Source: an uncultured Candidatus Saccharibacteria bacterium
Lineage (GTDB): Bacteria; Patescibacteriota; Saccharimonadia; Saccharimonadales; JAUPVS01
DNA length: 64,000 nucleotides
Direction of reading: 5' to 3'
Assembly (NCBI GenBank): GCA_964462215.1
Contig: CAYWVZ010000001.1
Coordinates: 26,128 to 90,127, forward strand
Numbering within the stretch: the stretch's first letter is position 1; each line of letters begins with the position of its first letter. Of this stretch, positions 18,103 to 26,597 are shown in pieces. A model generated the notes under the pieces. The model was given only the letters and a program-made list of their open reading frames with translations, was not told the DNA's origin and ran no database searches. Position numbers and translations under genes: made by a program.

Positions 18103-18918
18103 ATGAATGATGCAACTATTTTCTACTCTTGGCAGAGCAACCATAAAGAAACGAAAAACTTCATAAACAAGGCTTTGAGCGATGCGATTAAGACCTTGTC
18201 GGGTAATAACACATTAGAAAAAGCACCCAGACTCGATAAGGACACGCAAGGAACTGTTGGATCTCCCAACATCGTCAGCACCATTAAAAACAAGATAGAT
18301 AATTGTGGCATATTTATTGCCGACGTTTCAATTGTTGACGAATCAAAAAGTGGCAGAAAACTTGTAAATCAGAATGTGATGTTTGAGCTTGGTTACGCTA
18401 TCGCCAAACACTCAGAGTTAAATGTCGCTATGCTGTTTAATGCTGACCTGGGTGATCCAAAAGACCTGCCTTTTGATATCTCACACCACCGAGTGCTGCA
18501 GTTTTCCGTTAAGGATGATGACAAAAATGGCACAAAACTGAAAGCGAAGTTAGTCGGAGCACTCACAGCACACCTAAACAGTCTGACAGAACAGGAAATA
18601 TCACAAGTTGAGCAAAGCTTGGACGAGATCCAGCTACTAATCATGAGGGTGTTCGCCTCCATGACTGACGACAAGAGAATTTTGGTTTCTGCTCATTTGG
18701 GTGGACATAGCTTACACCCAATGAACCCCGTAGACGACAGTCTGCTGAGTCAGCTTAATCGGATAGACATCCAAGAGCTTATTGCAAACATGGATGACCT
18801 TGTAAATACTGGTATTCTAACCGTAGATTATGGTAGTAAAGGGACACCTAACTACAAGCCTGCGAAGCAAGGTTTTGAGATTATTAAGATACTGAATAGT
18901 AAACAAAACGAACCTTAG
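18103..18918 (+). CDS. TIR-like / nucleoside 2-deoxyribosyltransferase-like domain protein with a helical C-terminal domain
   Basis: 271 aa. IFYSWQSNHKETKNFINKAL ... CGIFIADVSIV ... NQNVMFELGYAIA ... LPFDISHHRV is a pattern recalled from bacterial TIR-like domains. By-eye assignment. Confidence 0.5.
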   Translation: MNDATIFYSWQSNHKETKNFINKALSDAIKTLSGNNTLEKAPRLDKDTQGTVGSPNIVSTIKNKIDNCGIFIADVSIVDESKSGRKLVNQNVMFELGYAIAKHSELNVAMLFNADLGDPKDLPFDISHHRVLQFSVKDDDKNGTKLKAKLVGALTAHLNSLTEQEISQVEQSLDEIQLLIMRVFASMTDDKRILVSAHLGGHSLHPMNPVDDSLLSQLNRIDIQELIANMDDLVNTGILTVDYGSKGTPNYKPAKQGFEIIKILNSKQNEP

Positions 18919-18988
18919 GGTAATCCATACATCAAAACTAAGTGAAGATCATAAAAACCAGAAAAACCCGAAGATCAAGGGTGTCCTA

Positions 18989-21900
18989 TTAGGCTGTGAT
19001 ATTTTTGTCGATAAGCTGTGTTAGCCTACTAAACTCACGGTCGGTGTCGTCTAGCCAGTTAGTTGACCATATGCGGTACAGCTCCCAACCCTTCTCTTCG
19101 AGCACCTTTTGACGGTTATAGTCGCTCTGTTCTTTATCAAAGCCACTGTGGTACATTGCGCCGTCCATTTCTATACCCAATACAAATTTCTTGTGCTTGG
19201 TAGAGAATACTCCAAGATCAATCCTAAAACCAACATTACGTTCATTAGCATCTATGCCTTCACCAGTAGGAATTAGTAAATGCCATCCAACCTCACTGTA
19301 TATCTTAATGGAGTGACCGAGCTGATCCGCATAATGATCTGTCAACTTCTCATAGAGTTGTTGCGTTAGTGGCGAATCGAACCAATTGACATTATTGCCC
19401 AGCTTTCGATCAAGATATGTAGTGTCCGTGACTTCTCCAGCATTTTGCAATAGTGCCTTCATCAATTCGGCACTCTTACGGGCATTCGGTCCAGTTAAAC
19501 CGCTGCTTATTTTATCTTCACAAGTCTGTATCCAGCGGGATTTTTGATCCGCTAGTAGTAATTTCAAGCCTTCTCGTTGACGAGTAATCGAGACGTTTAG
19601 ACGCTTGTACGCACCGGCTGCTTCTTTGAAGAACCACATAGCACCAGGTGACGAGTAATGTTGCATATAGATTATCGTGTAGGTACCTTCAATGCCCTGA
19701 CAGTTTGTAACAGTAGAAAGTAGAATCTTATCAGTTCCATAGAGCCGTGAAATGTTCTGATACTTTTGCTCACCGATTTGAGTCAAGAAGTTCTTAAACT
19801 CGGTTAGTTTATGCCCAGTAGTGAAAAGGATACAAAAACTTGAATCGCTATCCTGAACCAGATATTCATCAACTGATTCGCAGATTTTGTAAAAGTTTTT
19901 ATCATAACCAAATTCATCTTGGTCATCACCTAAATCGTCAATGATGTCTATAGGCGCACCGTTAGCAAGTTCCGCTTCAAAGATTGGCTCAATTCCATCT
20001 TCACTATAAATAGCCTCGCGGGACGGCTCAAACAACTTGTTGTATTTGGAACGGTAGTGAACTTTAAGGTGGTGCTGTTTCTGCGGTTGCTTTCGTGCTA
20101 AGTCTAGTATGCTCTCTCCTAGATCATCGAAATCATCTTCCGATTGTTCGGTCAAACCAATACTAGCATTCAGGCTAGGGGGCATTTGGTGTGGGTCGCC
20201 AATAATTACTGCCTTCTTGGCACGATATATTGATGGTAGCGCTTGACCAGGCAATAGCTGCGATGCTTCATCAAAAATAACAAAATCAAAAATACCTTTG
20301 TCTGGTGCTATATACTTTGAGACTTCTTTTGGAGTGGCACAGATGACAGGAAAGGCACTCGCTATAGTTGCAGTGTTGTGCCTGAATTTATCCATAGTAG
20401 ACTTACCGCCCAACTGCATAGTTGACTGTTTCGACAATTCTCGCATTGCGTCCAACGAGCTACTATATATATGTTTAAGGTTATCTTTATAAGTTTGAGC
20501 TTTTTGGCTCTTTAAATACTTTTCATAACTATCGACAATATCCTTAGTAGTAACGTGTTTCTTGTCACTTAATCCAGCACGCCCAAAACTCTCACCCACC
20601 AAAACATTCACCAATCGTGACGCAAACACATCAAAGGTTATATCATTATTTAGTATTTCGTCTAGATACTGGCTATTTGCCCCACCAAGAGCTTGCCTAA
20701 TACTACTTATTGATTTATTGTGCTGTATAAAATCGACGATCTCGGAATCATTATTGTAAATTGACAGGATATTTATACTGCTAAGCCAATCCTGGAGTGT
20801 TTTTTCCTGTGGAAGTTCGAAAAAGAAATCGGAAAACAAGTCTAATTGATTTACTTCATTAATCGTCGTAACGAGCTTTTCTATATCTGAGTTTATCGAT
20901 GCATTATCGTCTGGCAGCGACAAGGTATCAGTAACTTTTCCAATAACTACTTCGTTCCTATCTAAATATTCATAAACCTCTCTGGCTCTTGCGGCATATG
21001 AGTCTGTTTCATTAATACCAATGAGCCACTTGCTGTTTTCTGAGAATGAATTCTGCGTTAGAACCTTTTGCTCATTCAATACTTCAGACTTCTTCTGCTG
21101 ATGATGCTTGATATCTATAGCCTGATTAGCGTCAGTTACGAAATCAGTCAGTTTCCCACCAAGAAATGCTTTTTTATTGTTTGAATCTTGTCGTAGTAAA
21201 TCTAGTGCTTTGACACTACGGCTAAATTCCGAGAACCATCCACTAACCTCTTTGAATTCACCAGCAATTGATGCTGAGCCGTATTTTTTATTTATTATGT
21301 AAAAAAGTTCATACACCGGTAATAACCTATCCTTTAAGACGGTTATGTCTTTAGATGGCTTAACACCCAGCTTTGATAGTTCAATAGTACTATTCTTGTT
21401 AGCCAATCCAATGAACTGCTTAATATTCGACCCATCAATATCTATAATTTCTTTAATCGCATTTAGAATTGGTGCGAAACTTTCCCTATAGGTATCCATC
21501 TGCTTTGCGTTTTCGAATGCAAGCAAATCTTTAAAATTTTTTGGTACACCACTTAACATCCGTTTGATAGAGTTTTGAGCATAGTACTTATCCAGTTCTC
21601 TATTTAGTACATCGATATCTTTTGCGGTTAGCATATAGACTGTATCTTGACCACCCTCTATAGTTTCGCTCAATACGGACTTGATTTGTTTTGCCATACC
21701 GATGAGAAGATTTGATAAGCTAGAGTACTTGACATCGGGTGCCGTTCCTAAGACCACTTTGACTAGTTCGGGTATGCGTTTATGATCCTGTAATAACTCA
21801 CCGAAATCTTGTTCAGCGATGGTTATTGCTTCGGCGCTAAGTTTGATTTGCTCATTTAATTCGTCAGGTATATTGATTTGATATTTAGCACTCTCCGCTA

Positions 21901-22843
21901 CAGAGGTTATGTGCTTATCAATACGCTGAAGCTTCTCGTTATTTTCATGCGTGCCATCTATGAAGTCTTTTAGACTTTTCGTTAGCTCTCCGACTTCCTT
22001 ATGCTCTGTTGCAATCCTATAGGTATCTATGTATTGGATGGATTGATTGTACTTCTGTAACATGATCAGATAGTCAACGACATCTATACTCGTCTTGGTT
22101 GCAAACCGATTGAGATAGTCTCCTTGAAATGTATCGTTTATATTCTTGATCTGCTCTCGAATATCCGGCAATATTATGTTGCTATTCTTGGTAGACAAAA
22201 GTATCAGTTCCCGTCGAGGCTTATTAAATTCCGTAAAATAATCTTTATGCTCGTAGGAATCAAGCTCGGTAAAAACTGCTCGAACGTTAACTTTTTCAAA
22301 TTCTCGAACAGATTCTGGTGCCATGGACCGTCTAACGTATTTGATATAGTAGCCGACCAACTCATCGAAGCCTATATCATCTGACGTGATGTGATAGTTG
22401 CTATTGTGATCAAGAGTCGTGTAGCGCAGAGGATATTGTATAGCTGAAGGTCTGTCTGCCAAAAAGATATCGGGAAGTTGCTTGCTAGTGATTTTAGAGT
22501 ATTGCTCGCGTAAATATTTCAGATACCTATGCGTGGGGTTGTGAAGCATCAAACAAAAGTCCAAAAGTGATAGATACTTATTGTCATTAGGATAGCCTAT
22601 CGTGGACTCGGTGTGCTTTATCATACGCTCTATCACCCTAAGTGCTTCTGTGTTCTGGCTCACGAACAGAACCTTCTTGTTTTCACCCGCTAATCTTTCA
22701 AGCAAGCTAACTACTAGCTGAGACTTTCCGGTTCCCGGTGGTCCATAAACAATTTGTATAGTAGCAGGGTCATTATCAATAGAGTTAAACGTATTCTTTT
22801 GTGACGGATCTAGCGAGCTGAATGTTATATTGTTCTCGCTCAC
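18989..22843 (-). CDS. SF1 (Dna2/Upf1-like) helicase with a large insertion and a C-terminal DUF559/Vsr-like PD-(D/E)XK endonuclease domain
   Basis: 1284 aa, GTG start. LDPSQKN...VYGPPGTGKSQLVVSLL...VLFVSQNTEALRVI (Walker A). FVIFDEASQL (Walker B). IIGDPHQMPP. NVSITRQREG. C-terminus GIEMDGAMYH...VLEEKGWELYRIWSTNW. Confidence 0.8.
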   Translation of the reverse strand: MSENNITFSSLDPSQKNTFNSIDNDPATIQIVYGPPGTGKSQLVVSLLERLAGENKKVLFVSQNTEALRVIERMIKHTESTIGYPNDNKYLSLLDFCLMLHNPTHRYLKYLREQYSKITSKQLPDIFLADRPSAIQYPLRYTTLDHNSNYHITSDDIGFDELVGYYIKYVRRSMAPESVREFEKVNVRAVFTELDSYEHKDYFTEFNKPRRELILLSTKNSNIILPDIREQIKNINDTFQGDYLNRFATKTSIDVVDYLIMLQKYNQSIQYIDTYRIATEHKEVGELTKSLKDFIDGTHENNEKLQRIDKHITSVAESAKYQINIPDELNEQIKLSAEAITIAEQDFGELLQDHKRIPELVKVVLGTAPDVKYSSLSNLLIGMAKQIKSVLSETIEGGQDTVYMLTAKDIDVLNRELDKYYAQNSIKRMLSGVPKNFKDLLAFENAKQMDTYRESFAPILNAIKEIIDIDGSNIKQFIGLANKNSTIELSKLGVKPSKDITVLKDRLLPVYELFYIINKKYGSASIAGEFKEVSGWFSEFSRSVKALDLLRQDSNNKKAFLGGKLTDFVTDANQAIDIKHHQQKKSEVLNEQKVLTQNSFSENSKWLIGINETDSYAARAREVYEYLDRNEVVIGKVTDTLSLPDDNASINSDIEKLVTTINEVNQLDLFSDFFFELPQEKTLQDWLSSINILSIYNNDSEIVDFIQHNKSISSIRQALGGANSQYLDEILNNDITFDVFASRLVNVLVGESFGRAGLSDKKHVTTKDIVDSYEKYLKSQKAQTYKDNLKHIYSSSLDAMRELSKQSTMQLGGKSTMDKFRHNTATIASAFPVICATPKEVSKYIAPDKGIFDFVIFDEASQLLPGQALPSIYRAKKAVIIGDPHQMPPSLNASIGLTEQSEDDFDDLGESILDLARKQPQKQHHLKVHYRSKYNKLFEPSREAIYSEDGIEPIFEAELANGAPIDIIDDLGDDQDEFGYDKNFYKICESVDEYLVQDSDSSFCILFTTGHKLTEFKNFLTQIGEQKYQNISRLYGTDKILLSTVTNCQGIEGTYTIIYMQHYSSPGAMWFFKEAAGAYKRLNVSITRQREGLKLLLADQKSRWIQTCEDKISSGLTGPNARKSAELMKALLQNAGEVTDTTYLDRKLGNNVNWFDSPLTQQLYEKLTDHYADQLGHSIKIYSEVGWHLLIPTGEGIDANERNVGFRIDLGVFSTKHKKFVLGIEMDGAMYHSGFDKEQSDYNRQKVLEEKGWELYRIWSTNWLDDTDREFSRLTQLIDKNITA

Positions 22844-23697
22844 GATTCATAGTCCTTACTGTCAAGCATCTTTCCCCACGCAGGATCAACGTACTCGGCC
22901 TCAAAGCCGGTAACAATCTGAAACGCCATATACTGAGGATTAATCTTAACACTTTTGTATTTAGCAGATAGATTAACGCCATTCATATACTCCGATATAG
23001 TATTTACTTGATTTGCAAAATCAGCATCCAGCGTAACCTCAAAATTATTCGAACGTTTCCGGCCTATTTCATTACCGAAGAAGTTTTTGTCTAGCCAAAA
23101 ATTGATAAAACCTGTTTGCTCTACGGTAGCGTTAAATTTATTTAAATCTAATTCTGGACAAGAAAATAAAAAAAGCGGATAGTTTGCTACTTTATCCTGA
23201 TAGTCAACTACCTCAACCAGACCAATCGTTAAGTAATGCATACGGTCACCCGTCGTACGATATTGAGTATCAGTTTCCTTCTTTAGCTTGTCTAGGTTAC
23301 GACTGATCAATCGGCGCTTAGCTGCTTCAGATAACTTATCCCATATATCACTATCTTTCTCGGTGTTGAATCTTAGTCTATTTATTAAGTTAGCCAGGGA
23401 AAGTTCACCACGCGCTTCGACCTGACGAACTACTTCGTCGTAGCCATTTTTGTCAAAAACCAGGCCCGGCTGGTTACGGCCACCAAGCCTTTGCCATACC
23501 CCTATTGGGGCTTTTGCTTTTTCATCTACTTCAAATAGGGTTTGGTTATCCGGAGTATTCTTGTCAAACACCAAAGATAATCCACTTGCTAAGTTGCCGC
23601 TAGCTATACTTCCTCTGTTGCCAACCAAAACACGCCTAAACTCACCGAATTGCTTCGTATTACTGTACTCAAGAATACTGTCATAAGCGGTAGTCAT
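22840..23697 (-). CDS. hypothetical protein resembling a detached DUF4011 N-terminal module of DUF4011-helicases
   Basis: 285 aa. GTGA overlap with the helicase gene. RMHYLTIGLVEVVDYQDKVANYPLFLFSCPEL resembles the LyLalGfLeW....aPLlL.Pv core of DUF4011. By-eye only. Confidence 0.45.
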   Translation of the reverse strand: MTTAYDSILEYSNTKQFGEFRRVLVGNRGSIASGNLASGLSLVFDKNTPDNQTLFEVDEKAKAPIGVWQRLGGRNQPGLVFDKNGYDEVVRQVEARGELSLANLINRLRFNTEKDSDIWDKLSEAAKRRLISRNLDKLKKETDTQYRTTGDRMHYLTIGLVEVVDYQDKVANYPLFLFSCPELDLNKFNATVEQTGFINFWLDKNFFGNEIGRKRSNNFEVTLDADFANQVNTISEYMNGVNLSAKYKSVKINPQYMAFQIVTGFEAEYVDPAWGKMLDSKDYES

Positions 23698-24039
23698 CTA
23701 GCGCAATTATATCATAATAACAGGGCTAGATATCGGTCTAGGAACCCTGTCTGGTTTTCGGCTGCACAGTCCTCGTAATCAGGATTGGTCAGTTCGGGAA
23801 CCGTTTAACAGAGATGAGAATGAAAGAACCGCTATTTCTAGCGGTTCCAACATCTGTACTTTGTAATCAGCACGTTTCTTTCTTGGCTGACCAAGGAGTT
23901 AAATGAGGGACCGGTCTAGGAACTCGGTCTACCTTTTTGACTGCTTGGTCTGGCTCCGGGGACTGGATTCGAACCTGCAGTAGTTACCACTTTATTTCAG
24001 GCTCGCTTTACTTTAGCTTACATCTGTAAATTATCAAAT
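23698..24039 (-). repeat. inter-cassette junction unit A (secondary decayed att copy, spacer with hairpin, att hairpin+core, tRNA-like remnant)
   Basis: Alignable along its length with units B (25081-25424) and C (26598-26936). Core at 23942-23959; secondary copy at 23733-23772. Confidence 0.8.
23951..24038 (-). pseudogene. tRNA-like remnant (CCA, 3' acceptor half, decayed T-arm; no 5' acceptor strand)
   Basis: The reverse complement ends ...GGTTCGAATCCAGTCCCCGGAGCCA. The 5' region cannot pair with the acceptor 3' strand. About 85-nt block conserved with 25342-25424. Confidence 0.65.
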
Positions 24040-25080
24040 TTAATAAGTAAGGGTAATATTATGTGTAGTAAGATCAATCTTCGCCAAGCCGCCATAGGGC
24101 ATAACGATTTGCGGAGCTGTATGCCCGAAATCTAAGTTCTGAACAATAGGAATATTGGCATTGTATCCCCGGACTGTTTTTACGATTGTCTCGCGCTGTT
24201 GTTTCTTGTAGGCGTCTTTCTGCTCCGGCGAGTTTGGCTTATCGAATTCCCATGACTTTGGTCGTCCAACTAGTACTCCTTGAAAGATATCAAACCACCC
24301 ACGTTCGCCGAAGCCTGTCAGTAGGTACTCAACAATCCATGCCTCGGGGATATCCTCCGCAGTTTCGATAAATAAAATCGTGCCCTCTAGGTCTTCTTGC
24401 TTGGGTAAATACTTTTCGGCAGAACACTGTACTATGAGTGATTCAACGCATCCGCCCCACAAAACACCTTCCCCGCTTTTATCACCATCCCACTTTAGTC
24501 CATCATTTGGCTCAAATTGGCGCTGTTTATCCAGATTTTCTTTTACTGACCAGTTGAGCCCGATGTCATTGAATTCACTAGAAGACTCAACCGCTAGCTC
24601 TCCTGTCTCAAAAAGCGCTTGTCTTAGGTATTTAACATTAAGGTCCGGAATTTTTTGCTGAAAAGCCAATTCAGTCATAATCCCGCCGCCATAGTAAGAG
24701 GGAATACCTAACCCCCATAGAAAATTATGCAAATGAGTGTTGTCGCTATATCCGAAAAATGGCTTAGGATTGGCAGTGAATACTTCAGGGTTGAGTAGCT
24801 TAATAAGCTTTATTTGGTCTTCGCCGCCAATAGAAGCAAACACCGCCTTGTTAGCCTGATCACTAAACGCGGCCATAATATCCTGGGCACGATCTTCCAG
24901 TGATGAGCCCATTTGCCGAGTAGTTGGGTACTCTTTTGGAATCAGTTGAAAGACGTTCTGTAATCTTTCCAGTCCTAAATCCTGTACCCATGGAAATAAA
25001 CCTGGGAGGCCAGCCGAAGGAGAGATGACGCCAACCTGATCGCCAGGCTTAAGCTTTGGAAGTTTCAGGAAGGTTTTCAT
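24040..25080 (-). CDS. S66-family LD-carboxypeptidase (MccF/LdcA-like serine peptidase)
   Basis: 346 aa. LKPGDQVGVISPSAG ... FASIGGEDQIKLI ... FFGYSDNTHLH ... DFGHTAP is the family motif order. Confidence 0.75.
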   Translation of the reverse strand: MKTFLKLPKLKPGDQVGVISPSAGLPGLFPWVQDLGLERLQNVFQLIPKEYPTTRQMGSSLEDRAQDIMAAFSDQANKAVFASIGGEDQIKLIKLLNPEVFTANPKPFFGYSDNTHLHNFLWGLGIPSYYGGGIMTELAFQQKIPDLNVKYLRQALFETGELAVESSSEFNDIGLNWSVKENLDKQRQFEPNDGLKWDGDKSGEGVLWGGCVESLIVQCSAEKYLPKQEDLEGTILFIETAEDIPEAWIVEYLLTGFGERGWFDIFQGVLVGRPKSWEFDKPNSPEQKDAYKKQQRETIVKTVRGYNANIPIVQNLDFGHTAPQIVMPYGGLAKIDLTTHNITLTY

Positions 25081-25424
25081 AGATATATAGTATCAGTTTT
25101 CGGTCATGGAACCCGGTCTGCCTTTCGTCTGCTCGGCCGTCGTATAGGCGACAGGTCAGTTTCGGAACCGAATAACAGAGCTAACAAGTAAAAATCAGTC
25201 GCTTACGACAGTTCCAACAACCACACTACATAATTCTTATTTTGGGAAACCGGGCTCGAACCGAATAACAGATAAGAGGTGGTTTGAGAAAATAGAAAAG
25301 ACCGGTCTAGGAGACCGGTCTACCTCTGTTAGTGCTTGGTCTGGCTCCGGGAACTGGATTCGAACCAGGAGTAGCTACCACCCAATTTCAGGCTCGCTTT
25401 ACTTTAGCTTACATCTGTTATTTA
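25081..25424 (-). repeat. inter-cassette junction unit B
   Basis: Roughly four-fifths identical by eye to unit C over about 260 nt. Contains an extra tRNA 3'-end fragment TGGGAAACCGGGCTCGAACCG (25243-25263) and the duplicated motif CGAACCGAATAACAGA. Confidence 0.85.
25342..25424 (-). pseudogene. tRNA-like remnant (intact T-arm CTGG/ATTCGAA/CCAG, 3' acceptor half, CCA; no 5' acceptor strand)
   Basis: The reverse complement ends ...CCTGGTTCGAATCCAGTTCCCGGAGCCA. The upstream part (GCTAAAGTAAAGC..) does not fold as a cloverleaf. Confidence 0.65.
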
Positions 25425-26570
25425 TCAAAATTCTAGCCAAGTTGTGTCTGAACCGGCGCCCTTGTTCCTGACGCGAATACCTGGATCTGCTGTCACTAAA
25501 CCAATTTCCTGAGCATTTACTCCACGCTCCTCAGCAAGCTCAAGTACTTTATCTGGATCAGGCGTTGCAATTACCATGCCTGGGCCCATGTGCCATTTGC
25601 CATACGCTGTTTTATCGTCAAAGCCACGGATTTCCTGCATTTTGAGCATAATATCTGGTGGTGTATTTGGGTTTGCTATTTCTACGCCAAGCCCACTCGG
25701 CTCAAGCATACGCCCTAGTTTACTTGGTTGACCGCCACCTGTAATGTGAGCGACACCTGTCACCCTTGCGAGGGCAGGTTTAGAAATGTCATAACCGCCA
25801 GTTAGTTCAGAGACGAAGCCAGAGTAAATTATTGATGGAGCTTGTACTAGTTTCCCTAGAGCAACATCACCAAGAGAATGATCGACTGTATTGTGCCAAT
25901 TATCACCATACTCTTTTTTCATTGCTTTTCTAACGTCAGTAATACCATTTGATCGGAAGCCGTGCTCACCAAGACCTATAAGCTTATTTCCGGGCTGGAT
26001 TTGATGACCCGTAAGAATCCGATCTCTATGTGCCATCCATAAAATCGCTGCACCCCAGTTGTAGTTGAATGCACCGTAGCCACCTACCCTATCTCCAAGT
26101 TCAGCTACTTCGCCATTTACAACTGCCACATTCGCAAGAGCTGCTGCAGTTACATAGCCGGTTGCAAGTTGTCGTAATGCTTCTCGCGTATGTTCGGTAT
26201 CATCGAGCTGACGTACATCAAGGATCGTCCCAATTGCTAGCGGCTCTGCACCACGTACGACAGCGTCGTCACAAACCATTGCAAATAAATCATGGGCAAC
26301 TGTCGAATGGTCATCGACTCGTTCAGCTACCTCTACTTTTGTGCCGACTCCGTCGAAGCCTAGGTTTATTTCAAGGTTCACAAAATCTTTGTCAGCGAAT
26401 TGCGCGAGTGGAATTGAACGAAAGCCTGAAAATGACTCGTGAGCCTCTCTTACTAAGCCTGGTCGGTTGTCATGTGTAAGCTTCGAAGCCTCATAAAGCG
26501 CTCTCGATGCATCATCGCCAAGTTCAATGTTTACATCCTGAATAACGCCTCGTTCTGTCATATTATTCAT
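25425..26570 (-). CDS. purM: PurM-family protein (AIR synthase / phosphoribosylformylglycinamidine cyclo-ligase homologue), orphan
   Basis: GFDGVGTKVEVA..HDLFAMVCDDAVVRGAEPL, NGEVAELGD, GLGEHGFRSNG and VAHITGGG align with E. coli PurM motifs. Start ambiguous (26570, 26561 or GTG 26597). Confidence 0.75.
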   Translation of the reverse strand: MNNMTERGVIQDVNIELGDDASRALYEASKLTHDNRPGLVREAHESFSGFRSIPLAQFADKDFVNLEINLGFDGVGTKVEVAERVDDHSTVAHDLFAMVCDDAVVRGAEPLAIGTILDVRQLDDTEHTREALRQLATGYVTAAALANVAVVNGEVAELGDRVGGYGAFNYNWGAAILWMAHRDRILTGHQIQPGNKLIGLGEHGFRSNGITDVRKAMKKEYGDNWHNTVDHSLGDVALGKLVQAPSIIYSGFVSELTGGYDISKPALARVTGVAHITGGGQPSKLGRMLEPSGLGVEIANPNTPPDIMLKMQEIRGFDDKTAYGKWHMGPGMVIATPDPDKVLELAEERGVNAQEIGLVTADPGIRVRNKGAGSDTTWLEF

Positions 26571-26597
26571 CAGTATACTAACAGATAGATTAATCAC

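Noticed and set aside
23951-25424. The two tRNA-like segments (23951-24038 and 25342-25424) as functional tRNA genes.
   Set aside because: Only the T-arm/3' acceptor/CCA part is tRNA-like. No 5' strand complementary to the acceptor exists and no anticodon arm can be drawn. They are treated as att-associated remnants.
24040-26597. MccF-like peptidase plus PurM-superfamily gene as a microcin-C-type biosynthetic cluster.
   Set aside because: There is no MccB-like adenylating enzyme, no precursor peptide ORF and no exporter. The two genes sit in separate repeat-bounded cassettes, so their adjacency looks coincidental.
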